The position numbers and the translations under genes were made by a program. Shown one piece after another: positions 24,172-35,689 of a DNA stretch of 64,000 bases. Position 1 is the stretch's first letter; the number at the start of each line of letters is the position of its first letter. Source of the stretch: Fimbriosthenelais zetlandica (lineage: Eukaryota); contig OZ365111.1 of NCBI GenBank assembly GCA_977030845.1, positions 40,858,001 to 40,922,000 on the forward strand, given 5' to 3'. The notes under the pieces are model-generated. The model was not told the DNA's origin and did no database searches. It was given only the letters and a program-made list of their open reading frames with translations.

Positions 24172-24400
24172 CCTGGTCGTCGTAAGGTAAGCTAGATGGA
24201 TGTGGCACAGTTACTGTTGATATGGGTGCGGCCACTGTTTGTATATTGGAGGGTGCTAAGACAACTTTGGTCTCTGTGATTTGTTCGTCCGGCGTCTTGT
24301 GGATGACCACGGTCTCTGGTTTAACGCCGGCCGCCTGAGCCCGGGCCTCGGCGATCAGTCGCCGGGCCCGCTCACGTAGCTGCTTCTGTCGTTCATCCTC
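24172..24400 (-). CDS. EHBP1: EHBP1 exon, RAR coiled-coil helix (phase 0->1)
   Basis: EDERQKQLRERARRLIAEARAQAAGVKPETVVIHK...PYDDQ(G) resembles vertebrate QLRERARQLIAEARSGVK. Acceptor ttttcaag|, donor G|gtaagt; 229 nt. Confidence 0.93.
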
Positions 24401-25372
24401 CTTGAAAATGAACAGAATTAAGTACAATTGAGAAGTAGAAAATGGTGTTAGCTGCACACATAAATAGGTTTAGTATAAAGCACTCAATTGCATATATATA
24501 TTCATGCGAATTGTTTTATTTAATGGTAAAATGCATATATGTTAACTTATTTATAAACGTGCAGAGCATTTCAAACTACTCAGGTTTGTTAAAATATTAT
24601 TCAGTTGAAGGATTTGCTTTGATTAAGGATTTCAAAAGGCTATATACATGTACACCTAAGTCATAAGGATATATCTTCAACACACGTACATCTAAGTTTA
24701 AAAGGATACATTTTCATTGACAGTAAAATTGATTCATAATTTGTGATTTCAAATATACACAGACATGTGAACTCTTTATATATATGGAAATATAACAGCA
24801 CATCAGAAAATTGCTTCAACATGCTAGAACTGCACGCAACATTACATGCAGACATCAATGTACATCAACGATGCCATTTGTACTTAATGTAACAACAGGT
24901 TTGGGGTTGGAAGCCTTTGCTCAAGTCTGTATGATGAGAGCAGCTCAAGATACTGCTTGTCAAGCCACGAGAGGGCAGCACAATGGCAAGTGGATCAGTG
25001 CTACGCCCGTGTGAGCATTTGAGGAACTGCTCGGCAGGTCTATTATAACGTCCTCATGAGTATCTCAGAGGTTATATATGGACTAAATTCACTTCTGTTA
25101 ACTTAACTAAGGGTTAAAATACATTCTGGTGTTAATCAAGGACTAAAAGAGTCAATTTATATGCCATACTTCATGTTAGCAATTTCATAAAACTATGTAT
25201 AAATAAGCGCTCACTTAAATATATCATTTAAGCCATCGTCAAGTTTTTGAAAGTGACAATTCAGAGCAATTCAAGTATGGATCTGGCAGGCAAAGGAGCA
25301 GATAACTGATAGGGTGTTATCTGAATGGGGCGTGGTTTGTTGTCATGCCAACATGTATAATATTATATGTAC

Positions 25373-25489
25373 GCTTGATGCTTGCTTATAGCTGGGTTCT
25401 GGGGGGAGACCGGCTTGGACACGCGCTTCAGCGATCAACTGTCGCGCGCGCGATCGTCGCCTCTCTGCCGCGACTATGACATCGACCTG
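25373..25489 (-). CDS. EHBP1: Probable EHBP1 cassette exon with an extra RAR helix (phase 0->0)
   Basis: QVDVIVAAERRRSRARQLIAEARVQAGLPPEPSYKQASS is paralogous to the 24172-24400 exon. Tandem acceptor ctacag|cag|, weak donor AGC|gtacat; 117 nt. Confidence 0.72.
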
Positions 25490-26174
25490 CTGTAGGAGAA
25501 ATTGACCAAGGAACATGATCAAAATGTTCATGGTTGGATTTGATTGTGTATTAGGTTTTCTATTTGGTTATTTACATACAGATTAAGTGTATGATATATG
25601 ATGATCCTGTGTAGGCCTACTGATGGAGGAGAGAAGAAAAGCGTGTGGCTTGAAGGCTGGAAGTGGGCGCGGTCTCCATTGTAAAAATCAATCCAATCGG
25701 GAAAATTGAAAACTAATGAAATATTTTTAATGTGGTGATTGAATGTTAATATGGGCACTCGTTCATTATTCCTGATCACTGCCGACTGAGAGTTTTATGG
25801 TCAAAAATAAATAAAGCGGGGACATTAAATGAAAAGTGGATACATGTATTGAATATGAATGCCACGAAAGAAATCAGCATCATTGAACTCCACAGATGGA
25901 ACAAAATGTTGAAAAAAGGAAAAGCATGTAAAAAAGTACAAATGGAAATGATAAATAATCGCCTGGAAAGCGAGTCGTAGGTGTGAATAGAAGGAAATAA
26001 GTGAAATAAATAAAACACCCTTCACCCAAAGCAGAGAAAAGAGACCTTTAAATTAAAGGAGCTTAAAAGCTTTTTTAAAGAACCAAAAGAGTCTGTCACC
26101 TTAAGATGTTAAATGTATCACTTAAAGCTAATAGACCTAGGTTATACTCGTAACAAAGCGTGCTGTCTTCCTAC

Positions 26175-26297
26175 CCCGATGCTCGAGTCTGGCTCATCGT
26201 TTTCAGATGATTTTGGACTTCCTTCAACTTTGGTATGGTTTTCCTCAACCGGGGGAGATTCTTCCATTTGGGGGCTATCCCTGACACTTTGCATTTC
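26175..26297 (-). CDS. EHBP1: Probable EHBP1 acidic low-complexity exon (phase 0->0)
   Basis: EMQSVRDSPQMEESPPVEENHTKVEGSPKSSENDEPDSSIG. Acceptor atatag| preceded by a pyrimidine tract, donor GGG|gtagga; 123 nt. Confidence 0.75.
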
Positions 26298-26823
26298 CTA
26301 TATATTTAGATTTTATAAAAATCAAGGAAAGGAAACGAAAGGATTTTGAGAATAAATAATGGGTGATGTTTTTGAGTGAGTAAACCACCTATTTAAGACA
26401 AAACACATACTGTACAAGCACAAGAAAGAACAAACATAAAATTGGATTCACAATGACACAAGTACAAGTAAAGTTGACCAATTATGTAAAACTGAGTTTC
26501 ACACAATTCATCATATTAAGCTAATAACCTATACACATTTAATGCGGGATGTATCAAGTATTATGCTAGGATTCCAAGTTCATGCAATCTTAACTAAAAA
26601 TACATTTCAGATGAATCATAAATGAATCAAAATGCAACCAAATTCCAAATATGCCACCAATTGCTTTACAACTTTACAAATGTACAAGATAATAGGCTTT
26701 ACAATAAGCTTTGCTTCTATTATCAAAAGACTGTAAAAATAATATCTTTTAGATGTTGAACATCACAGGTGGGTTGATATTATGTGAAAACAGACTGTGG
26801 TGGAGATTGTATTGAAGGCCTAC

Positions 26824-26973
26824 CTCGGGTGGAGATTGGCTGGTTGGAGATGTACCATCTTCGGAAGCAGAGTGGGATAACCTATTGAGTTTCTTGTTCA
26901 AGGCGTCTCTCCTTGCTTGCTCTAACAATAATCTTGCTCTTTCTTTGAGCTCTTCATGTCTTGAACGCACTCG
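26824..26973 (-). CDS. EHBP1: EHBP1 exon, first RAR-type coiled-coil helix (phase 0->0)
   Basis: RVRSRHEELKERARLLLEQARRDALNKKLNRLSHSASEDGTSPTSQSPPE resembles the vertebrate EHBP1 EELKERARVLLEQARRDA segment. Acceptor ttttcag|, donor GAG|gtaggc; 150 nt. Confidence 0.94.
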
Positions 26974-27447
26974 CTGAAAATTATATGCAAGATTAAATGT
27001 ATTGAAGCAGGAGCTGCTACAAAGTAGCTGAGAACTGACACAAGTGTTTTTACTTATAAATTCGTTTAGTTCCTGCGTCATACAAAAGTGCAAAAAAAAC
27101 TGTTATTGCTATCCAGCACACAGACTTTGATGTATCTATATCTGCTGTGCTAGTGAATCATTCTAGGTGCATAAGTATGCTGCTTGCAATCCAATGTTTC
27201 ATTCTATATATTCTCAAAAAAACATATACATGTACAACCTACCCCACAACCTGCGGCAGTAAGAATGCACTGAGATAGATCAGGGACTGAACCCCTGAAT
27301 TTAGGATCATATTTTTTAAAATTTGAATCATACTGAAAATTGTCTACACTTAGGTTTTCAAAATTATCGGTGCACCACCTCATCGGAGGATGATATTTCT
27401 TTATTACTTAAACAAACATTTTATTTGAATAAATTATATAAATTGGA

Positions 27448-27540
27448 GGGGAGTTAGCTCCAGCACAGAAAGGATGGTAGACCAATGATCAAAGGTTCGG
27501 CGGTTCAATCCCCGGAGCTGTCCAAGGCATTTTCAATGCC
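27448..27540 (+). mobile_element. Degenerate tRNA-derived SINE head
   Basis: A-box-like TAGCTC (27455-27460), B-box GGTTCAATCCC (27502-27512), then TGTCC-AAGGCATTTT resembling a CORE-SINE segment. No cloverleaf. Confidence 0.5.
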
Positions 27541-27591
27541 GCCCTCCTCTAAATGAACAGCTTGAGAAAGGAATGGAAATAAATAACTTAC

Positions 27592-27750
27592 AGGTACAAT
27601 GTTGGCCCCTGTGGGTGACGTTGGAGAAGTGGGAGATGTGAAGGAGTCTGAGCCGCCCGTGACGGTGCTCCCATTGGACGAGGAGTCGGGACTCTTCATC
27701 ATAGGTGGACTGGAACCAGGAGACGACTGGTCCACCGAACGTCGGAGTGC
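27592..27750 (-). CDS. EHBP1: EHBP1 Ser/Pro/Thr-rich exon (phase 0->0)
   Basis: ALRRSVDQSSPGSSPPMMKSPDSSSNGSTVTGGSDSFTSPTSPTSPTGANIVP. Acceptor ttttctgttag|, donor |gtaagt; 159 nt; GC-rich against an AT-rich intron. Confidence 0.88.
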
Positions 27751-27820
27751 CTAACAGAAAATAGTATTAACCATTATAACCTCAATACAGATAGAAGTTT
27801 TATCAGGTAACTATTTACAG

Positions 27821-28147
27821 CCGGTCACTTGCATAAGTGTAGTTGAGGTGGCCAAAATGCCATTTGGTCACTTCCAAAATAACAGTGGAATTGAGGTGGC
27901 CAAAGAGTGGTCACTTTCAAAATTACAGTGGAGTTCAGGTTGATATCCATGCAACTGTTTTTGCACAAATTAAAGTAGGACCCAGACCACCAACTATTGT
28001 TATATAAGTTAGGACATAAATAACATTACTTCCATATATACAGCAGAGTTGAGCCAAATGCATGTAACACTGTGTGTGAGTTGACGTGACCAAAAGGCCA
28101 TTTGGCCACTTGCATAATGTTCAGGGGAATGGACGTGGCCAAATTGG
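27821..28147. repeat. Degenerate array of about 43-bp units containing hairpin palindromes
   Basis: GGTCACTT at 27823, 27866 and 27909; GAGGTGGCCAAA-loop-TTTGGTCACTTC stems; two more related units at 28083-28143. Confidence 0.75.
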
Positions 28148-29449
28148 GCTCATAAAATCACTCCAGTTAAAATATATTTAACACAAGGAACAGAAAAAAA
28201 GTCACCTAACATAAAAGTAGCCTAACATAAAGAACTTCTCTGTATATACCCCACAAGGCTTGTTCGAGTAATAAAACATCGAATCGATAGCAAAAGAGTA
28301 CGTCTGCCTTATATCTACCTGTCAATGGACCTAATTTGAATTCAATATTTAATGGAGGGAAACTGATATACCATCAGAGAATCTCGAATCAGCATCAACA
28401 ATTTCTAAAGTCACGCAAATGCACCCTTTGAAGCACGAATTTAAACAAGTTTTCTTTTTATAAAAAGAAAACCCATCTACTCTTGCCAGAGGTTGCAGTT
28501 TTTACAAGGATTTTTACAAGAAAAGTTTCTGAGATATTTTTTCAAAGTTCCTTGTCAGAAAACATGGAAGAACCAGAGGTTTTTACCAGGATTTCTTTGA
28601 GAAATGTTTATTTTTTAAAAGTTATGAAAATTATGGAAGAACTTAAATTGTCTGGCTACATTGGTACGCAATAGAATCATGGTTCAAATGTATTGCGTGT
28701 CACCGTATGTATTGTGTTTCAAGCGAAATTTTGAGGTGAATGTCCTCTACAAGCTTGTACTATAGCTCAGCAGGTACAGAAAGGTCTTGAGCAAATGAGC
28801 TCCAACTTCCTTGATCTACGTACAGCTGAATATAGCTTCACGGTGATTGCTGTAGATGGCATCCCTAACACCCCTCATATATAGGTCCTCCATACCACAC
28901 AAAACCCTGGGGTGAAAGTCCCTGCAAATTCACGAGGCAATGTGCAGCGCAGGGACGAAAAAAATATAGAATAAAAATTCACAGCTGCCTATCAAAATGT
29001 GGGGGAAACACCAGAAGTTGCATAAAGAGTAGGAAGGGTTGATTGCATGTGGTGAAGGAGTATGGGGAAATATAAGGCTGAGCGACTGACTCAAGTTATA
29101 TGTGCTCTATTAGCTGGAGTGGGAGGCTATGTCTAGTGGGGCGGGTTTGAAGATGGATAGGGGGGTCATTCATCTCCACAAGTGGACAGTCCAGACCAGC
29201 CAGTCCACATCCAGGTCCTGGTCACTCTCAACACCCAGATTAAGCCGCCATCCATTACTTTAAGCTGTCCTTCTAAACGCTCAATAATTCATGAAGTCAG
29301 CAGTGCTTGCAGGAGCTAGTGGTGGTGAGGGAGATGGTGGCCGTGCTGGTCTGATCATGGTCTACTGATATATCAATGGTTTTGAACACATAAATTTGTA
29401 ATATCCGTTTTGGGTTAATTTTACTACTTGGGACCTTTGTACTTTGTAA

Positions 29450-29659
29450 AGCCTGGAACACATTAATCGGGTTCTATAATCCGTCGCCATCCGAGAGCTG
29501 TCCGAAACTATATTTCTATTCACACCCAATGCTTGTAATTTGAACAGTGCTTTACACCTACATGTAGGCCACTGACAAAATTTCAATCTTTAGATGTCAT
29601 TAGAAATACGGTATCGCATGACGACGGTTTTGAGGAATCAAATTGGTGTATTCCAGTCT
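29450..29659. mobile_element. MITE copy 1 (about 210 bp; 3-bp TSD-like flanks, possibly PIF/Harbinger-type)
   Basis: About 40-bp imperfect TIRs beginning AGCCTGGAA; flanks TAA/TCA; homologous over its whole length to 35690-35900. Confidence 0.8.
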
Positions 29660-32600
29660 TCAGTCTCAAATATGACAAGGGAATGAACAATAAATGTTAT
29701 TTGCAGGCAATGTGGTTATCAACTAATAGACAAAATCTAGCCCTTAGAGACTGGCCGAATCAAACCCCAAAGAAATTTTGGGAAAAAGATTATCTGAATA
29801 AAAAAAGGTCTTCATATGTTCTGAAGTTTAAATTGGAATCCTTCAAAAATATGCCAATGAATCAAGAGTGAAATAAGCAACCATTTAAATTGCCACTCCA
29901 ATTGCTGAGCACAGGCAATTTGGATTTCAATCACATTTTTTCTCTCTCCAATCTCTGTCGGGGTATTTGCAAAACCAAATCATCTTTTGATGAGGATACG
30001 AGGCTCCCTTAATATCAGAGGGACAACTGTCAGAACTCTAAAATCTTGCCCTGGTCATGCCTCCATCAAATGACTGCTCTCATACCACAATTACACGGCC
30101 CTTTATACAGGCACACATTAGAGAGAGCCTAAAAAAAATCAGACATGCCATCGGGAAGCGGTCGCGTGCCGCAATCCCGGAGCCCAGCAATTTTCCTTTT
30201 CCATCACCTGTTAGGTTCCTCATGGCGGTGGATCCTTCAGTTTTATCCTTTGTTTTTTTACACCCAGCTCTAGTATTCAGCTTTCATTCACAGCGGATGT
30301 AGCTATTGTGTAGTGGGTGTTGGTAGAACTCGCAGCTAAATCCTAGCAGGCATGAAAGCTGTTAGTCGTGATGGCTATTGTACATCCATTGCTCTGCTAT
30401 TGCCATGTGAGATTATGGGTGTACACTGGTGGTATTCATATAGATTGACTGGTATGACAGGCTCTTTATATATATACAGCAATTAATGCAGTCACCTCCC
30501 CCAACCTGTTGTGTTCACAGATTCTGAACAGTTCATTAGGCGAGCATTAAAACTCCTGGATGCAAATGGACCACTGGCAACCACTGATTTATAAACTATG
30601 TGTAATTCAGATTTAGAAAATACTCATTACCCAAAGCATATATATATAATAGCCAATAGTTTGATAAAATATCTGTCCATACATTTTCATTGTATGTTCA
30701 AACAACTGTTCCTTTTCCTAAATCCTTCCCTCAGAATTTAACTTAAAATGAGACTGTATGATCAATAGCACTGTCAAATCTACTCCAGGGCTGGGAGTAG
30801 TAATCTATAGTGTTTTACAACAACTCTGCTCTTTGAAAGAGAGAAAGATCTTTGCTTCACAGCAGTGCCTGGACTAAGATGGATGGTTCCCATGATCAAG
30901 ATTTCAGTGGCACTGAAGGTTAACCATGAGTAAATGATCATTGACAGATGTGACCATAAATGCTTGAGCCGTGCTGGTAGACATTGCCACCCCGGGGTGG
31001 CTTGCGTCCAACATGATCTCCTCCTCCATCTAATTACGTGCCGGGCGGAGCAGTCAACATGCAGTCAAGCCCGGCCTTTGACACAAACTTGAAAGTCAAT
31101 GTCAACGCTGGAGAAAATCACATTTCCACGTCAGGGCTTGTCAGCTGGGAATTACATAGAGCTGGATGCCTGCCAAGCATATCTTATCAGGACTTGGGTT
31201 TATCGAGTTGGTTCCACGATATAACATACCCCGTTCTTGCAACGGCCCCAGTCCCTAGCTCCATCCCACCTTTCCTCCCCCTCCCTCCAAACATCCAGGC
31301 CTGCAGGCAATGACCAATGCTGGGTGTTCGATGCCAAATGCTGGCCATGCAACTGACTGATCATCTGGCAAAAGAGGCAGAAGGGCTCAGAGGTCCATCC
31401 TATTAAACTTATTCCAATATATTATAATTGCACCGTCACCACTATGAATCTTATTATATTAGGGATTACCTTCAAGTGAGCTAATGTGAAAGCATTTTTC
31501 CTTTAGTTTTTAAAATTTTTATAGAGCCCGTTATGGGTGAATACCAGCTCACACTCTTGATTACTCAAGTTTCTCCTATGATTTTCAGCTGGGAGCTCTT
31601 TCTATGTGCATTACTACATTGCCTTCTGTGCAATGGATATTTCTAGGTACATTTGATGAAAGAAGTTCTCAAGAAAAGAGAATTGCTCATAAGAAAATAT
31701 ACTGAGAATAGTCGGGGAACCGGGCTGGCAAACATATAAAAAGGATTATAGTTTTTTTCTCACTCGATTAGTAATTATATATATGGGCTATATATGGGTG
31801 TTGACATTTGATTTTCAGAAGGGTGGCGCACCCATTAGCATTTGGGGAAATCCAAGATGGCGTCCAATATGGCCTATAACTTAATCAATTTTCATCCAAA
31901 TCTTAAGTCTTGTGCCAACTTTTGTTTTAATCTGTCCAGGGGAGATTGGGTCAGCCAGGCAAATTACCAATGTCTTGGTGGGGAGGTATACCGGTAACTT
32001 ATTAACAAAAAAGTAGTTTTGTAACTCATTCCCCTGTTTTATTCCTGCTGCCAAATAACATCATTTGTCAGCGGGGTGAGTTGTAGGCAGTTGGTGGTAG
32101 AGCTGTAGATCCAGACAGAGTTGGCTCTGTGATACAGGGCCTCAGGTCTGCCCTCCCTGACCCTCACTGCCTGCCCTCTAGTGAGCCCTTCTCTAATATG
32201 CACCGCCCCCTATTGTCACTGTCTCACATTAACATTGATTTTACCACACGGGCCTGTCTAAGCGCCGCCGGCGCTTTGCAGAAGGCAGACTGGCAAAAAT
32301 ATGCTTGATGTTGTTTGAGGAGGTACAAGGTAAGAGTGCAGTGAGCAGATTTGCTCTATACTTTATACACATACCGGAAAGCTAAGCACATATACTTCAC
32401 AGTCTTATAGACTTGTCAGGCCTATCATAATGCACCCATCAATCCAACCCATCCCCACACAAGCCCAGGGACAATAGGGAGGGATCTGGGATAGGTCCAG
32501 GAACTTCCAGGTTGGTGAATAGGGCTTATTATGAAGGTAATTAAACAAAATGAGTTCATTGTAGTAAGTTTAATTCTCATACACCTGTACCAATTTTAGT

Positions 32601-32867
32601 AAAATACCAGCAGAAACTGCACAGCTGTTATCTATCCCATCGCCATTTAAGCTATTAAATATCAAGCTTCAGTATTAAGAGATAATCTGACACTATAGTT
32701 TTGGATGTTCCAACCACCATTTTCTACATCCTGATTTACTTTGTACATCATTGAAACCTCAAGAACCGATCTTAAAGCCAACAGCATGAATTAATAGAGA
32801 AGAAGTACCCAAGCAATCTACGTTTTCCCTGATCCAAGTTTATATATATATAACCAGGTGACATTAC

Positions 32868-32900
32868 CTTGAGCCATTTCTTCCTTTCTTTCTTAGTTTT
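32868..32900 (-). CDS. EHBP1: Candidate EHBP1 33-nt cassette microexon KTKKERKKWLK (phase 0->0)
   Basis: Acceptor tgtctcaacag|, strong donor AAG|gtaatg, frame-preserving, 87-nt upstream intron. No transcript evidence. Confidence 0.5.
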
Positions 32901-32987
32901 CTGTTGAGACAATTCATTGACAATTCATCAGAAATAATTCACCTGCAGTCAAAATGGCCGAAAGAAAGGCTGGACAATTGAACTTAC

Positions 32988-33066
32988 CTCTGTAGGACTA
33001 ATCGGATCCTTGACATTCCGTCGCCGGTCTTCATAATCAGGATAATCTGGTTCGTCTCGCATCCAC
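32988..33066 (-). CDS. EHBP1: EHBP1 exon (phase 2->0)
   Basis: (R)WMRDEPDYPDYEDRRRNVKDPISPTE. Acceptor ccttcag|, donor GAG|gtaagt; 79 nt, and it supplies the 2->0 phase change the model needs. Confidence 0.88.
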
Positions 33067-33475
33067 CTGAAGGATTTTCAGTTAAACATTCAGAAATTAA
33101 AAATACATGATTGATTATCTGGTCAAAGAGTGATTTGAATAAACGTAATTTGAAAAAGTCTATAATAACTATATTAAAAGGACCCTGATAGATTACTCCA
33201 TTCTGGATAACTGCCTTGCGATTCTTGCAAATTGCAATTTTCTTTCGGCATTTGCTGATGTTATTACAGGCCAGTGCCACTTGGGTTTTCAGTTCTTGCG
33301 ACACTTGCAGTTATTGCGAGTGAAGGCAGAGCTCTAAGGCAGCAAACCACAAGAAGAAAATTGCAATGGAAATTCCAAGAATCCCAATGCAAAATCCCTA
33401 GTGGAGAAACACCATCAGGACAATGGAGGCAATGCTTAAAAAAAAGAGCAATTGCCAAGCAAGATATGACCATAC

Positions 33476-34305
33476 CTGTTTCTGTTGTCATCTACCGATG
33501 ACCAATTGTCCACTGGACTATTTGCGGTGTGGTTATCTTGTGGAGACCGTCCCTCTGGCGGTGACCTTGTGACCCCTGGGGGCGGTCTACCACTGGCCCC
33601 CTCTGACGGGTTGTAGGACGGTGTTTGATCCTCTTCATCATCGGAATCAAACGGATTCATGAGCTGCCGGCGCGTCATCAGGGGCACTTCCTTGACGGGC
33701 GAGTCCCGCGGGGAGGCGCTGCCCTCCCGCCCAGGAGACGCCCTCATGTGGCCGGGGGAAGTGGTGAACCTGTTCCGGTTGGCAGTGTCAGTAGAGTCCA
33801 GCGCCTGATTGACATTAAACTCCCTGTCATCAGGACTGGCCGAGTCTCTTCTCCACCCGCCTGTTGTTGCTGTTGCTGTTGTTCCTGTTGTTGACCTACG
33901 TTTGCTGTCTATAGGATTAACACCACACGAGGAGGCTGTCGATCTGTAAGGATCATCGGGAGTGACAGCCGATGGTGACATCACATTTTCTTTACTCCTC
34001 GAGAGGCTGGTGTTCGGGGAGGTAGAGGAGGACATGTTGATCAGTCGCCGGGCCTCCCTTACCTCCCGCCCGTACATCTCGTTGCTGATGCGGGCGTCCT
34101 GGTCGGTGTCGTGCTCGCCCACAGTGTAGGTGGTGTCCTGGGCACGAGCACCAATCTGTTGCACCTCCAGTACCTGGCCTGTAAAGTAGGCCCTCAGTTG
34201 GTATAGGTAGGTCATAACGGAGAGTTTGTCAGGCACCGCTAGTAGGACCATGTCAGACGGCTCCAGCACCTTGGGGATGCCAAGACTAGCTGCTGCTTCA
34301 AATGC
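33476..34305 (-). CDS. EHBP1: EHBP1 exon, C-terminal CH domain plus Ser/Pro-rich linker with NPF motif (phase 0->2)
   Basis: [44 protein letters not shown]...[12 protein letters not shown]...VDDNRN(R). Acceptor ctttctccttgcag|, donor |gtatgg; 830 nt. Confidence 0.96.
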
Positions 34306-34354
34306 CTGCAAGGAGAAAGGGAGATGGTTTATGGGGGTTGGCTGGAAGTCCGGA

Positions 34355-34513
34355 NNNNNNNNNNNNNNNNNNNNNNNNNNNNNNNNNNNNNNNNNNNNNN
34401 NNNNNNNNNNNNNNNNNNNNNNNNNNNNNNNNNNNNNNNNNNNNNNNNNNNNNNNNNNNNNNNNNNNNNNNNNNNNNNNNNNNNNNNNNNNNNNNNNNNN
34501 NNNNNNNNNNNNN
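34355..34513. other. Assembly gap (159 N) next to a GA microsatellite
   Basis: Run of N inside the intron upstream of the 830-nt exon. Confidence 1.
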
Positions 34514-34520
34514 AGGCTAA

Positions 34521-34568
34521 GAGAGGTATACTGCAGAGAGATTGCCAGAGAGTGAGAGAGAGATTGCC

Positions 34569-34605
<37 letters not shown>

Positions 34606-34722
34606 CAGAGAGAGAAGAGGGAGACAGAGAGAGAAGTTTACTGCAGATGACAGAGATATTGCGAAAGAGAGAGACAGATAGACAGACAAGAGTTTGCGAA
34701 GAGATAGAATGGGAAGAGAGGA
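34521..34722. repeat. (GA)n-rich microsatellite
   Basis: Visible directly; adjoins the N gap. Confidence 0.93.
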
Positions 34723-35689
34723 ATTAAGGACAGTAATATGAAAGGGAAGGAAACTCATTAGTTGAAAGCAATAGAAAATAAGTTACCAGCGAACATGGTG
34801 AAAAGAATGGGAAATGAAATAGTGAGTAGTAGAAAGGTAACAAACAGTCTGAGCAGCAAGTACGAGTCCGTGGAGACAAGAGCTGGCAAGGCACACGGCA
34901 GGAGTGGGAGCCATTCAATAAGGAGCAGTCGCACTATAGGGAGCTCTAAAGATAGAGGGAAAAGTGTGGCAACCACAGCGCTCCGACTTCAATAATGGTG
35001 AAACTAGCAATGAATGTACAAAGGCTGAGCCTTCATATGAGAGACTGATTTCCCTGCCATTGGTTAAATCACCTCAATTTATACTGGGGCGAGGAGAAAA
35101 AGAAGGTAATTGGCAAGGAATGTTCATCTTATACCAATTACACAGCGACACCCAAGAAATCCATATCGCACACACGAGGGAATGAATCAACTGCAATGAA
35201 CACGCCCCCTTAATTCGGTTGTGTCATCTTAAGATAATTGCAGGGCTAGCCAATAAAATGATACTATTCTATGACACTGATATCCTTTGTGAAGGGATGG
35301 AATCGGAACAAACCAAAAAGCATATAAATGATCAAAGTTAAGGTTTCGTGGCTATCCCTATACATATGCCGATATCATCTATATTCATGCTTATTGACAC
35401 AGCCACTCCATCCAGCCTACTGCGACATTTTATCTTAATTGTAAACAGCAGTCATTGCAAATTTGTGATGTAGCGGTCATATAATTTCGCGATGGCGTGA
35501 TAAGCAATGGGTTATTTGCATATCGAGTGGTGGCATATTGGATGATAAGGTCATAGCCTGGAGTGGCTGTGTTTTATTGGCATTCTTTAGTGACTGTATT
35601 AAAGCAGTGAGACAGTGATATATCAGGTAACCCGGGACGTGCATTCACGGCCTACGAGCATTTCTCTATGGCATTTGGAGCCAGTATAT

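Noticed and set aside
25580-25616. AG...GT-bounded 37-nt open segment (AYTGSSYIIHLI)
   Set aside because: Overlaps a TAGGCCTA palindrome, has a non-EHBP1-like peptide and would shift the frame of the next exons. It shows that such signals arise by chance, a caution for the other small-exon calls.
30986-31001. Perfect 16-bp palindrome GCCACCCCGGGGTGGC
   Set aside because: About one such palindrome is expected per window; no supporting context.
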